A DNA stretch of 64,000 nt. Origin: Chrysemys picta bellii. Taxonomy: Eukaryota. Below the pieces are notes generated by a model. That model searched no databases. It was not told the origin of the DNA and saw nothing but the letters and a program-made list of their open reading frames with translations. This document shows positions 35,976 through 49,466 of this stretch, piece by piece (within the stretch, counting starts at the first letter, position 1; each line of letters starts with the position of its first letter). The position numbers and the translations under genes were made by a program. Location of the stretch: the NCBI RefSeq assembly GCF_011386835.1, contig NC_088798.1, positions 104,532,001 to 104,596,000 on the forward strand. Direction: 5' to 3'.

Positions 35976-37039
35976 CTGGAATAAAATCAAATGAGAGTTA
36001 CTAAAAAAACTCACAAGATACTAGTCAATGCTATGATCATACATTACATGCCTTAGAAAATACTCTTGTGCTTTCATCTCTTCCACCCAACCATCCACAT
36101 GTGGTACCACCACAGCTTCTGCATATTTACTCTCTGTGGTGGTTGCATTTAGAGATGTCTGACCCTATGGCTTTCACTTAATCCGGAGAGCCTTTGAAAG
36201 GTAAGTGGGAGAAAATCACTTCCAAACCCTTCTATTTTTTCTGATGGCAGAATATTCAATAGAATATTTTTAAATCTTTCAAAGAAACCCCCCAGCTTCG
36301 GCTTTTACTATCTGTTTTCTAAACAATGACAAAACATCCAGAGATCCGTAACACAAAAATAAATCCTCTATCGATCTTTGAAACATAGACCATATTTGCA
36401 TTAAAAATTATAGCTCATTAGAATTTCATAAAGACTAAAGTGTGCTTAGGGAGAGGCGAGTGGAGAAAGGTGGATGTTTAAAATGAGACTACACTACATG
36501 ATTGTACTTGGTGTTGGGAAAGGTAAAACAAAATGGAATGGTGACAGGTACACAGCCTTCCACTGAAGAGGTCAATGCATTGGGTAAAAGAACAAGGATT
36601 TAAAGGACATTCAAGCAACCTTCATTAAATGATAGCAAAGCACATTTTAAAGCTTGGGCAAGTCATTTAACCTTTCAGTGCATCGCATTTCTCTAAGTCA
36701 AGAAGACAGTCATCATCAAAGTTGTGATAGAACCCATGTTTATCCCATCTCTTAAGATTTAACCATTAGACAAGCGGTCTTGACTTCAGCTCAAGTTTTT
36801 GATTGTTTGATTTGTTTTATCGTGTTCCCCATGCCCTCGGCCAATCCCAAAATCTAGCCCTCTTCCCCTATGCGCGCATGTTCTGCTGCCAAGAAGCAGC
36901 ACGCAGACGCCTGGATGCATTTTGGCATCTCCTACTTGCCTCATTTGACTGAGCTCATTTTTTAGTCCCCTAAGCCTGAGGTTCAGTAGCTAGTCTCACC
37001 ATACACCTTAAAGGACAATGACTCGAAACAGTCACATAC

Positions 37040-37093
37040 CATTCTGATATACGGGTTTTCTCCAAGGCATGTCTGACACAGAATGGGGAAGTC
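37040..37093 (-). CDS. RBM22: RBM22 exon 2 ([18 protein letters not shown])
   Basis: ttgatgcag|GAC acceptor, ATG|gtatgt donor, 54 nt. Confidence 0.96.
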
Positions 37094-37359
37094 CTGCATC
37101 AAGGAGGAGAAAAAAAAGAGTCAGGAGGACTAAATCTCAGCGCTCACTTCAGATTCCCTCTCTATTCAACAGCAACATTTCTGCAGTCTGCTTCTCTCAG
37201 CTCCAAGATGCTGGACTGGCCAGTACTAATGTAAAGCTCTGGCTACCCAAAGTGGGGGGACAACAGCCCCCCAACATGCCCCAACCAGCTACTAGCTGAA
37301 GCCTTGTGAAGAGCCACGCACCCGCAGCCAGTTAGTTTTATTTTAAAAGCAGGACGCTC

Positions 37360-37542
37360 TCCCAAATTATGGAGATATCCCATCTCCTAGAACTGGAAGG
37401 GACCTTGAAAGGTCATTGAGTCCAGCCCCTGCCTTCACTAGCTGGACCAAGTACTGATTTTGCCCCAGATCCCCCCTTAAGGATTGAACTCACAAGCCTG
37501 GGCTTAGCAGGCCAATGCGCAAACCACTGAGCTATCCCTCCC
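37360..37542 (-). mobile_element. Tortoise PolIII/SINE in RBM22 intron 1
   Basis: Same head and tail as 28254-28426, including the tail ..ctaggagatgggatatctccataatt. Confidence 0.9.
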
Positions 37543-37599
37543 TACCTATACATGGTAAGATCCCACCTTGTCCGGAGTGGACACCAGCCACCCCGGGGG

Positions 37600-38260
37600 A
37601 CCCGTGGACTCTGTCAGTGTCCGTCAGTTACACGGGGTCAGCACCCCGCGGCCCCGATCAGGCCCTGCACCCCCTAGGGAGAGAGCCCCTGGCCTCGGCC
37701 TCCCGCCCCGCCGCCTTAGCACCCGCCTCGGCCTCCCACCCCATCTTCAACCCCTGCCCCGGGGGACCCCCCGCCAGCTCCAGGCTCCCCGGGCCGGGCC
37801 GCAGAGGGAGGCTAAACCCACACCGGGAGGATGGAGGCGCCTCGCCCTGGAGCCACAGGCCCCGAGCCCCCCCCCGCCCGGGGCCAGGCCTTACCGCGTC
37901 CTCCCAGTTCTGCCGGTTGTAGGTGTTGGAGCCCAGAGACGTCGCCATCTTGGAACCAGCCCCGGTACCCGCAGCAGCAAGGCCCGGGCGGAAGCGCGCG
38001 CGCCGCTCCGCCAACAGCCCGGCATGCACCGCGAAAGGAAGAAGGGCCCTGACCCCGGCATGACCCTCGGAGAGCTGGCGCGCTGCCGCCGTCCCCTCTA
38101 GCCACCACTAACCATAGAGATGGGGGGGCCGGGGCGGTGTCTGGTCCTTTAATTCACCTCGCGGGGGGGGACCAGTGCGCCCAGTAGCTCCCGCCCCAGC
38201 AATCCCAGAGAGGCTGCTCCCCTGTCCGGGAGGGGATGGGGGGACGTCCCCCTGGGGAGG
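37600..38260 (-). promoter_or_regulatory. RBM22: CpG-island promoter of RBM22; YY1-like CAAGATGGCG overlaps the start codon
   Basis: Visibly CpG-dense, GC-rich tract around exon 1; cgccatcttgg at 37943-37953. Boundaries are approximate. Confidence 0.75.
37895..37948 (-). CDS. RBM22: RBM22 exon 1, pre-mRNA splicing factor (MATSLGSNTYNRQNWEDA)
   Basis: aagATGG start context, GCG|gtaagg donor. The 11 exons sum to 1263 nt (420 aa), the recalled length of RBM22. Confidence 0.97.
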
Positions 38261-38300
38261 GGGGGTCAGAAAACCCCCCCACTGGGGTTGGGGGGGAAAC

Positions 38301-38424
38301 TAGGGTGACCAGATGTCCTGATTTTCTAGGGACCGTCCCAATTTTTGGGTCTTTTTCTTATATAGGCTCCTATTACCCCCCACCCCCTGTCCCGATTTTT
38401 CACACTTGCTGTCTGGTCACCCTA
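38301..38424. mobile_element. 124-bp hAT (Tip100/Zaphod-like) MITE upstream of RBM22
   Basis: 13-bp perfect TIR tagggtgaccaga / tctggtcacccta. TSD ggggaaac / ggggagac, 7/8 match. Confidence 0.88.
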
Positions 38425-39254
38425 GGGGAGACTCCCCACTTTATCATGGAAAAAGACTCCTGGCGAAGTCTGGGGGGCACAGCGTGAGCCCTGCCCTTTC
38501 TCCCCTGCTCTGAGAGCCCTGGGGTCCCCGCACGGACCTGCTCCCTGAGCCATTAGCACCAGCTCTTCTCGCGCTGCATGGCGGGGACGCAGGGAGGTTT
38601 GTGTGTATTTTAGCATCAGCTGAAGCGTTGTCAAATCCCACTCTTTGGAACTGCCAGGCACCATGCTAGCATGAGCCCTGGGGGCGTAGGGCTTCTGGTT
38701 TTGAGGGTCTAGTAATTTCATTGTTGGGAGTGGTATTTTTATCCAGTAACAGTTGTGATCCATAGATCGACTGTAGAAGTTCCAGCCGTTGTGAAAAACC
38801 TTTGTCCTTGCACTGGACACACTGGTGCCAGGAGCCACAATCTCACATGCACGCCAATGCAGGTTTAACAGTGAAGTTTTCCCGTTGCCGTATTGTTTAC
38901 AGCACTTTTAGTTCTGCAGGGAGTCCAGCTGATATTATAAACCACAGATAGTTTCTTGTGAATCTTAGAAAGCACCACAAGGGCTCCTTCCTGCTTTACA
39001 GCACTCCTGCCTGTGGCATTCAAATCACAGACAAACCTATCAAAACCGTTTGCAGAAGCAGATGAGTTAAAGGACTTTAAAGGAGTCAGGAGGCATTGTG
39101 CTACCACATACTTACTGAAGGCTGTGATCAAGGTAGGATTGTAAATGGACTGTTTAGGCACATTAAGAAATCTGAACATGTTAAGTTTGAAGAAAGTTTA
39201 GCAGAGATGTACGGCTATCTATTAAGGTGTAATATACATTTATAAGGGAAACTA

Positions 39255-40268
39255 AGAAAAGCCTTTGGCAAAGTACCTCATTAAAGGCTCTTAAGCAGAG
39301 TAAGCAGTCACAGGATAAGAGGGAAGATCCTCTCATAATTACAGACAGGAAACAAAGGATCAGAATAAATGCTCAGTTTTCAGAATGGAGAGAGATAAAT
39401 AGCAGAGGCCCCCCAAGGGATCTGTACAGGGACCAGTGCTGTTCAACGTATTCATAAATGATTTGGAAAATGGGATAAACAGTGAGGTGGCAAAGTTTGC
39501 AGAAGAGACAAAATTACTCAAAAGAGTTAAGCCCAAAGCAGACTGCAAAGAGTTACAAAGGGATCTCTCAAAACTGAGCAACTGTACAGCAAAATGGCAA
39601 ATGACATTCAGTGTTGATAAATGCAAAACAATGCACATTGGAAAACAATGCCAGCTACACATACAAAATGATGGGGTCTAGATTCACTGATATCACTCAA
39701 GAAAGATCTTGGGAGTCATTGTAGATAGTTCTTTGAAACCACTTGCTGGGACTATTCAGCTTGGAAAAGAGGAGTGTGTGTGTGTGGGGGGGGATATGAT
39801 ACAGGTCTACAAAACCATGAATGAGGTGGAGAAAGAGAATAAGGAAGTGTTATTTACCCCTTCATGTAACACAAGAACATGGGGCAACCCAATGAAATTA
39901 ATAGGCAGCAGGTTTAAAACAAACATAAGTACTTATTCAAACAGCGTACAATCATCCTTTGGAACTCATTGCCAGGGGATGTTGTAAAGGCCAAAAGTAT
40001 AACTGGGTTCAAAAAAGAATTAGATAAGTTGTTAGAAGATAGCTAACGGCCATTGATTGACCTAAGATGGTCAGGGATGCAACCATATGCTAAACTTCAG
40101 ACTGCCAGATACTGGGACTGGACAACAGGGGATGGATCACTTGATAATTGCCCTGTCCTGTTAATTTCTTCTGAAGCATCTGGCACCAGCCTCTGTCAGA
40201 AGACAGACTACTGGGCTAGGTGGACCAGTGGTCTGATGCAGTATGGACATCCTTATGTTCTTACGTTC
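39255..40268 (+). mobile_element. Second 5-prime-truncated CR1 LINE with an internal deletion, between DCTN4 and RBM22
   Basis: aaagcctttggcaaagtacctcat.., LFNVFINDLENGINSEVAKFA, gttgataaatgcaaa, tail ccttatgttcttacgttc. Homologous to 30945-32202. Confidence 0.9.
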
Positions 40269-41155
40269 AAGAATGATGTGGGGTAACCTCAATTTTTCCC
40301 GCATAATTAAGACCAAAATAAAAAGTATTTCCAGCCAAAATCTTCAGTAAACTGGAGCTAAAGTAGAAGCTGTGTATCAGTTTAAAGAACATGCCTTGGT
40401 ATTGTTAGTTTTAGTAAAATTTTATTGAGAGCCAGGAAATTTTAAATAAAGGCAAAACTTTGAAAGACTCAAACATTTGAAATTATGGAAATAGAGAGTT
40501 AAGGAACCCTAAACCATCTTAGGTCTGTGCTCCTATCCATCACAAACTTGTTTCTAAATTATCTTTTATACTCGTTTTGATAGAATGAAAGAACTAGAAG
40601 TGCCTTGTGCTGGTGTCCTCCTGCAGTCAGTTATAGAGTGTACACGGCCAGCTCACTCTTAAAGCCGAGAACATTTTAAACCCAATACAGCTGGTCATCT
40701 GTAAAGTCCTATTTTGAGTCCATAGCTAAATTTAAAGGACTAAATTGCTAAAATACAGGATTTCAGATGTTACCTACCTGTGTGAGAGATTTATACTTCT
40801 TGGATAGTCTAGAGATGAAGATAGAGAGTGACAGAAGTGCAATACATGTTTACAATTCCACTATTTTAAACTGGTTTGGGAATAGTTCATGTGAATAAAC
40901 TACTGAAGTCCATTACAAACAGCTGAGTGACAGTATAATCCAGTAGCAAGCATGGGATTTGCAATCAGGAGCTCTTGATTCCAGCTCTTCTGTTCACACT
41001 TTTACAGTCTTAGAGAAGTCACAACTCTGGTTGAAATTTCACCCTCATGTAACTGATGAATGGAATGACCCTACCTCATAGACACATTGAGCATTAACGT
41101 GGTACTGCACTTTAATACTGTTATTGCACAAGATAAAAAAGCCAGCTTTGTCTGC

Positions 41156-41161
41156 TTTATT
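41156..41161 (-). terminator. Candidate DCTN4 polyadenylation signal (others at 42573-42578 and 40421-40426)
   Basis: AATAAA on the minus strand within the AT-rich region downstream of the stop codon. Confidence 0.3.
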
Positions 41162-43455
41162 TATTTTCAGTTCACCACATAAATTAAGCTATAAGGCTAC
41201 ACAATAATCTGTCATTAATGGAGTTAACATTGATAACGGCAGAGTGCTTCCATTGTTCTCCATTGGAATAAGTGAGGTGTTTTGCACAAATATGCATGGA
41301 AAACAGCTAATGTTACTCCTATCTCCTATAAGCTTTTAAGGGAAAAGAAATTCACCGGACTAGTTAAGCCATTCAAAGCCAATGTGCCCTTTACTTTTCA
41401 AGATAGCAATTCAGAGTACCAGAGTACATCTGATTTTCTTAAAACAATAACTAGGTGCTAAAGAACCTTTCTTGTGTAGTTCAATAGAGCAACATCCCAG
41501 CTCTAAACTCGGCTACAAGTGGTGAACTATCCAGTTTGAAAATATCAGCCAGCCAGCCAAAAACTAGTTTGGAAAAGATGGTTTTTGATAGATAGTGTTG
41601 ATAGTTTGCCAGTTACTTTGGCTACTGAAGAAAACTCAAAGCTTAAGTGTTGTTATTTGGTTACAAAGACAGTAGCAGACACTTATTAACACTATACATT
41701 TATGAATAAATACTGGCTACACTTAAACTCATGCTGTACATCTGTGTATCATCTATGCAAATTTTGTAAACATTAAGCCCCTCTCTGCTGTGATATCCAT
41801 TGCACAAACTAGCAGATAAGGTGCAGCTCCTTCCCAAAGGCTGTCAAACAGGATGCAGATCAATATGACTACCTCTAGACACAAAAAGGGTAGCAGTTTC
41901 TGCATGTCACGATGCCCCAGTCTATTCATTGCATTAATATTTGACTAAGTTAAAACTATGCATTTTTCTCCTTTCCCAGATGCCACACATCTTACACTAC
42001 AGAACAGCAGAGTCATATACAGTACACATATTCCTTATTTAACTAAGCAGAGCATATCTGGAAGGGCTTGAAGGCCACTTGGTTATCTTCAGGTTGCATG
42101 TCAAAGCCCCAAGATAAAGATTTTTGTAGTCTGCATTTGCTGCTCATTCAGGGAGATGTTTCACAAAAGTCACTGCTTTTAACTAAGAGCAACTGAAAAA
42201 TAATCTTTGTAGGAAGAGAAATCCCGCACTGGTTGCACTATAGTACTGTAGTTAGTGGTAATGGTGGCATGTTACAATAAGAGTCATGGACATGCTGTTT
42301 GTAACTGGTTTTAGATCTGACTTGCGGCCAAAATAAGCCTTATGGTAGCACATAAGTTACACTTATGTTATGGCCGGGTATATGCTTCTGAAGTGCGGAG
42401 GGTTAGCATAAGCCTTTCTTCCTTTTAATTTTTTTCTGCTCAAGGAGCCCACAACTCCCCCAAGTCACTAGTCAACACACTGAGCACACTCCTGAACCCT
42501 TAAAGGTTTTGTGTGTATTAAAATGATCTGAGCTGTCATTCTTTGGTTGATTTCACCATTCACTGAAAATAATTTATTGAATGCAAAAATTGCACTCAGT
42601 AGTGTCCTAGCCTCAATAAAAACTGAAGCAGCAGCATTTTCACTTCAGTGACCTATTGGTCCTCCCAAATCTTAGAAAACCATGCATAATAACCTACATT
42701 TTCCAACAAAAAAAAGGCTTAAAATGATATAAATTATAAGCCAAGCCCACAAGAGCTACAGTAGACTGTTTTTCAACACAAGAAGCAAATTGTTAAGATC
42801 CATTGCCTCCCAAACAAGCTGTAGAGAGCGAAGCATTCTTTTTCATAAAGGGGAGGAAAAAGAAAAAAGTTACGCCTTTGAGTGCCTGGGCTAAAGAAAA
42901 TTTTAAACTAATGAGATTCTAATAGGGGATGGGAAGCAAGTAAGAGTGTTTCATGCTGCTGCAACAGATGGCTATTGTAACCGAAGAGACAGGGCCACAG
43001 CCCTGGAGTGTTTGCTCATGAACAGCAGGCTCTACCAGAGAAAGGATTTGTTTTCTTGAGTATTTAAATATTGGTGTCATGGGACTATATGGAGAAGAGG
43101 AAAGCCAACGTAAGGGTTTGGGGTTTTTTTGTTGGTAATGCTAATTTGACTTCAGCAAGGGATAACACAAGTCTAGAGATGGCCTTCTTTGTGCTGTAAC
43201 TTAAACAAGCATGTGGTGTTGTGAGAAAGCCACAGATTCACATAGTAGGCATTACAGAGAGCAGAACAAATCATCTGACAACAGAGTTACCTTCCCCCCC
43301 GACTCGTGCAACCTCCTCATTTCTTGGCGGGAATTTGTGGTGCGTGTGCACATCACAAAGGAGGTTTCACAAACCATTTCAACAGGATGCAAATTCTGTC
43401 ATGGCAAAAGAGTCTATCCCGTGGCCACCTTTATGGATCCAGCTGTTGGAAGCCA

Positions 43456-43669
43456 TTATGGGAGCAGTGGGCCAAGGCTGAGCTCCACATGATGGGTGAG
43501 CCAGATAACCTCAGAACTCTGATCACCTTCCTCACTGGGGCGGATTGGAGCGGCCAGATTTTTAAACTCATGCTTCATCTTAAAGCTCACGGTCACTTCA
43601 CCCTCTTCTTTCTGTGGAGTGACCTTGATGAAAACTCCCACCTTGTTGGCCTTTCTGAAGGCTACAATG
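43456..43669 (-). CDS. DCTN4: Dynactin subunit 4 (p62) last exon ([11 protein letters not shown]...[12 protein letters not shown])
   Basis: attttgcag|C acceptor, TAA stop, 214 nt. Confidence 0.96.
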
Positions 43670-44093
43670 CTGCAAAATAAGAAGCAGAGCATTAGATCAG
43701 CAAGTCTCAAGCAGCTTCTCTCTTTATGGGACTGATGCAACATTTCTGGACAGATCTTTAAGTTATTCTAATACCAGCTAGTAACGATCCAATTTTTCAA
43801 GTATTACGAGTGGTTGTAAACTCTTCTTGAAAAGCTAGCATGGTTCTCCAGAGAACAGACAGCGGGAACAGCTGCTTTCAATCTGCAAGCTGACATGGCA
43901 ATGCACAACCTATATAGAAGTGAATGTTTTCTGAACCATCCATACCACAGACTGAAAAAACAGAACTCCTACATTGCTCAGGCTTGACAAACGCCTATGC
44001 GCTGAGGAAGAGTAACAGAAAGAGGAAGTTGCTGAATATCAGCAAGTACCGCATGCCACGTTATCCCCCACGCATGAAAGATGGAAAACTCAC

Positions 44094-44191
44094 TCAGGGT
44101 CATCTTGGAAATCCTGAGGTTCTGCCAACTCGTCATATTCTGCTGCGGCATCTTTGCCGGCTAGGATTAGCTCCTTGGGAGGAACCACCAC
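44094..44191 (-). CDS. DCTN4: DCTN4 exon ([32 protein letters not shown])
   Basis: ttttgcag|GTG acceptor, CTGA|gtgagt donor, 98 nt. Confidence 0.95.
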
Positions 44192-44431
44192 CTGCAAAAC
44201 AGTATGGAGAAGGATAGGGCTGAAACGCATCCCACCATCGGCATATCTAGCATCAGAGTAGGCACTCCTTTCTGAAGGCTAGTCAAGCAAGGGGGCACCA
44301 CAGAGGGAAAGGAGAAGAGTCCTCTGGTTTTCCTCCTTATCAAATGGTCACTATCACACTTTTCCCTTGGATTAGAAAGTTACATCTTCTGAGTTATGGA
44401 TGCTGATAATAAACCTGTTGAAGGTGATTCA

Positions 44432-44776
<345 letters not shown>

Positions 44777-45399
44777 TTAGGAACCAATTACACCGAAAAA
44801 GCAGCTTTCACTCTTAGAGCTCTGCTTTCTACAGCTGACCTCCAGCTGGCTAATGTTGCCTTCAAAACAATGTCACATTAATTTCCTGAAGATCTACAGA
44901 ATACGCCGCTGCTGTATACCATCCATCCTCCTCATGGGACGTATGTATTCAGAAAAAGGATGCTATGCTATGTTACACTTATGAAGGGCACTTCCACCTC
45001 ACTATTACAATTTTATAGAGTGAAAAAGTATGCTAGGAATTCACTCTGACTCCCAACTCAATGAGCTCTCATTCCCGATATACTGGCACATCTGTGACAT
45101 TCACCAGTATCATACTGTACTGCAGTCAACTCATTTGAAGTGAAAAGATTTCTTGCCCACCTCGTCCTAGACCAAGATAAGGACACCACTGGTAGATCTT
45201 GCCATCCCTTAGTTATGGTACCCTCTCTGAACTGCAGTAGTTGCTGTTTAACTCCATTCCATTTAGCTATGATACATGAAGCTAATGCCATCACAAACCT
45301 AGTCCCTAATCATGCCAGAAGACCTTTTTAAAATATTGTGGATCCACCATTCATACTCTACTTTCCACCCTAAGGGGACATGAAAAGAGAAGCACTGAC

Positions 45400-45454
45400 C
45401 TTCAAGTAGCGCAGGTTGGGAATGGACATGATCCTCACCTCAGGGATGTAGTTG
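45400..45454 (-). CDS. DCTN4: DCTN4 exon (NYIPEVRIMSIPNLRYLK)
   Basis: atttgtag|C acceptor, AAG|gtcagt donor, 55 nt. Confidence 0.95.
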
Positions 45455-46368
45455 CTACAAATGAAAGACATAACCTGAGTCTGCTCTTACCAGTACCCTT
45501 TCTGTCAAGAGTCCACCTACACAGTCAAAGATACTCATCTGACTTGTTTAGACTGTATGCTTTAGTTTGTTTAAAAAGATACATTTCAATCAAAAGGATT
45601 ATACAGAACAGACAAATCCAGTGCTCTGTAAATAACTCCTATCAACTCCAACCGTATTTTTTTAAACAAGAGATAGTGCCTTTTTCAGATTGTTCAAACT
45701 CTTAGTGCATTTCCTTTTGCTTTTTGACTAAAGTGGAATTTCAAAAAACTAATGTAACATTGTTCTAGAAAGTTTTAAAGGGAATTATTAACTGACATTA
45801 AGATCACCTGCTTTAAAGAGATACTGTACAGTGAAGTGCCAAAGGAGCTCCTAGTAATATTGCACTGAAGTTAACCTCATAATACGTCCCCTCCAGGTAA
45901 TTTTAAAAAATACAAGTACGCTGTAATTGTCCCCCAAAGCAACGCATTTTACTTGAAACCTGTTTACACTAGGATAGCTTTTGTGCTCATTTGCATGATG
46001 CCACCGAGAACAACATCTCAATGCTGACGCATCAAAGATCATCGTTTTTGCTTATGTTTTAAACGAAAAAGCCACAATTTTTCATAGTGGGTGCTTGTAG
46101 ATCTACTTAATCTTTGGTGACACTCCCCTACCGCATACAACATTCTGCTAGATCTATTAAAAAATAAATTCTTGGGTTACTTAAGGAAACATTGCATGAG
46201 CATTTGTGTCTCCACAACTAGTTTCAGTGACCATATTATTTTTTACACTCCCAGTTATTCCTGAATTTTTTACATCAAGACCACTGCTAGGCCTAAAAGG
46301 TAGGTTTTTAACTAGATATTAATACACAGCAAGCTACTGCGCCCCCCATCCATTCCCAGCATACTCAC

Positions 46369-46442
46369 ACAGCAACCAGTTGGATTTTGAATTTGATGGA
46401 TGTTGGATTGAATTCTGGTTTACTCAGATTATGTTCACATTT
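46369..46442 (-). CDS. DCTN4: DCTN4 exon (KCEHNLSKPEFNPTSIKFKIQLVA)
   Basis: tcttttag|AAA acceptor, CTGT|gtgagt donor, 74 nt. Confidence 0.95.
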
Positions 46443-46799
46443 CTAAAAGAGATGAAAAGATATTATAAACATCACCAAAACACGCATTGTGTACAACCAC
46501 ACAATAAAGACTAGGAACTGCAAGTGTCACAGTTTGGATGTTCTATTTACTAATTCGGTTGGCCTAAGGACCTAGTACACACAAATCGTCCTGAATTTGG
46601 TCGAAATTCTGATAAACTGAAAGTTTCCAGTTCCAGTGCTATCTTGAAAACCTAAGAATTTGGATTCTCTCCCCATTTTCAGAAAACAAATGGACAAGCA
46701 ACTACATAATGCAAGACTACAATCTCGTCACAAATCTGCACTAAACCGGAGTTACTACAACCCTTTCCTTCAGATGAAATTAAATTGTATTCTTATTGA

Positions 46800-47010
46800 T
46801 AATATATAGCACCTGGATATCATTTTACATCTTCAAAATACTTTAAAACGTGAACTAATTAATCCTCAGCTCTTCTGGAAGCTAGATAAAGATTATCCCC
46901 ATTTGCTAGATGGAAAACAGATGTGTTGCCCAAGGTCAGATAGTGAATCAGCAGCAGAACCAGGATATGAATTCAAGACTTCCCGGGTTCTATGCCTGTT
47001 CTCAGTCCTC
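46800..47010 (-). mobile_element. MIR/CORE-SINE remnant
   Basis: attatccccattt..agatgg.aaac...ttgcccaaggtca matches the reversed CORE sequence. Confidence 0.55.
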
Positions 47011-47181
47011 TGCTTTTCTGTTGGGACACGGTCTGAGAATCAGTATTGTGCACTGGGTCACATCAGTGGTAACTGACTTTCCATGTTTACTGACTAGCTT
47101 TGTTTTTTTAAACCAAAGGCCATTTTATAATACCAATTATATAAGGTACTCCCAATCTAACAACTAGTTAAGGCATTTAAG

Positions 47182-47325
47182 TCCAGATTTTTGAAGGTAT
47201 TTAAATCCATAAAGATGCAAACAGGTGCTTAGTGGGATTTTCAAACGGGCCTAAGCAAGTCGTCACTGGGAGTTAGGTGCCTATCTGCTTCTTTAGGCAC
47301 CTCAACACTTTCAAAAATCTGGCCC
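47182..47325. mobile_element. Old palindromic MITE-like repeat
   Basis: ccagatttttgaaggt at the left end and tttcaaaaatctgg at the right end; internal taggtgcct..taggcacct. Confidence 0.45.
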
Positions 47326-47515
47326 TTAGTCTCCAGCCATGTGCCTCACCCTGCCCTACAGGTTTAGTGGTCTTAGTCTGCTTCCCCAGGCCCTGATCTA
47401 GTTGGTGGTTAGACGTTTTCTTATTTCATGATCCTTGAGCACTACTGTAGGCTGGAACTTTCAGAGACAAAATGCAGTTGCAAGTTAGTTTTCCAATTTA
47501 GGATTCCAAAGCCTA

Positions 47516-47701
<186 letters not shown>

Positions 47702-48855
47702 CTAGAGTTGCATTAAATCATGCAGTGTGTTTGAGAGTACGGTATACTTTTGCTACATTTAAGGAACTTTACATCACTGCTCCAGTGATTGCCCTGATCA
47801 AAAAAATTAAGATTTCCAGTAGTGCATGGACACAAAGATAGGACAGCTATACAAAGAAAGAGCAAGGCCCAGGCACTGTAGACATAGGTATGATAATGAT
47901 GACAGCGAGCCATAAAACTGGGGACCAGACTTCTAAAGCCACTTCATGACCATTCAAAATGTATTAGGCATAAACAGGAAATAGCACTTGATCACAGCCT
48001 TGAAAAATGTTACTCCCCCAGGGAAAATACAATTTTCTTTGCTTTTTTCATTCTCAAATCAGTTGAGCAGTGCACGGTACAAGACCGAAATAGCAGTCTC
48101 TGATCCAAGGAGTTTGCCCAGTTCAGACTCATGCACCAGATTACCCAAAAGGTGTATTCCTAAAGCAGTGCAGATTTCTTAGACATTTGCTTTTGTGGAT
48201 TTGAAAGGAGAGGATGGACATTTGGCACAGTGCGTAAGTAGCACAACTCAAAATAGAAAATCTAAATTATTGTTTGAACTTCATATTTTATACTATTTGC
48301 TCCCAAAGTTCCTCAGCCAATTTACAAAGACTTGCCAAGGGAGGAAAAATCCAGCTAAATAATCCAAGAGAGTGTAAATAAACTATTTAAAACTTATGCC
48401 AAAGAAATGCACAGTTGTTATTATAAAGCTCCGTGTACAAGTCCACTCCCTATCAGCACAGCTATTTCCCTCATTTCCTGTTATTACTAACAAGGACGTC
48501 TGCTCTTTTCCTCCTCCAAATGCTGCCAGTTTTCCAAAGCAAATAAAGTCATTAACAAACTGCAATCACAAGTATGCAAGAGGACAGTCCTGACTTTTCA
48601 GAGGCTCACTTCAACTTTTCTTATTAGACAATGAAGTCTAACCTCAAGCAATTAATGCTGTAATTTAAAAAGCCAAAGATTTCATCGTTCTTTACTAAGT
48701 TACGTCACTGCACCACCTCCAGCAATACAATTAATAAAACCATGCAAACGTTAAAAACCCAGGAGGATCATTTAATGTGGACAACGTCTAGGCTGTTCTC
48801 AACGGTTAGCTGGTAGCAGCAGCACAAGAAACAAAATGGAATGTTAAGCCATTAC

Positions 48856-48968
48856 CCTCTGTTAGATTTATTGGTCTTGTGTAATAATCCTCGGGCAGAG
48901 GTTCCACTTCTTCTACAGCATCAGCGGGCTCAATCTTTATCTCCCTCAGGTCCTCTCCTTCTTTCAGG
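48856..48968 (-). CDS. DCTN4: DCTN4 exon ([37 protein letters not shown])
   Basis: ttttgcttcag|C acceptor, GAGG|gtaatg donor, 113 nt. Confidence 0.94.
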
Positions 48969-49392
48969 CTGAAGCAAAAAAAAGTAAAGACAAATTAGGG
49001 AGTCATTAAACATGGTACACCTTTAATGACTGAAAATATTATACCGGAATAAAGTGTCGGCTTACACTCCAAACGAAAAAAACAGCGTTAAGGCTGAGAT
49101 TCCCTCAACTCATATCACGGTCTGAAGTAACTGACTTTCATTAACTTGTATTCAGAAATCTATGCAATATTTAGGAACAACAGGGTAAATTACAGGATGA
49201 GTGACTGCATGGAGATCTCACTCCCTCCTCCCTGGCATTTTACATGATCCCATCTCTCCACCTACTCTAGAGACGAAGCCCTTTTCCAATAATATCAGAT
49301 AACTTATCCATCTTTCTCAATTTATACCTTTATTTTCCTGTTTATCCCTTTCATCCCTCCCACCGACAACGTACCAAACCCTGAAAACTCAC

Positions 49393-49466
49393 GAGAGTCC
49401 GGAAAGAGCACTGATGGACATCCCAGGCCTCTGACGCTGGAGTCTGGTTCCAAGACCGTATTTGTC
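49393..49466 (-). CDS. DCTN4: DCTN4 exon (DKYGLGTRLQRQRPGMSISALSGL)
   Basis: tccttgtag|GAC acceptor, TCTC|gtgagt donor, 74 nt. Confidence 0.94.
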
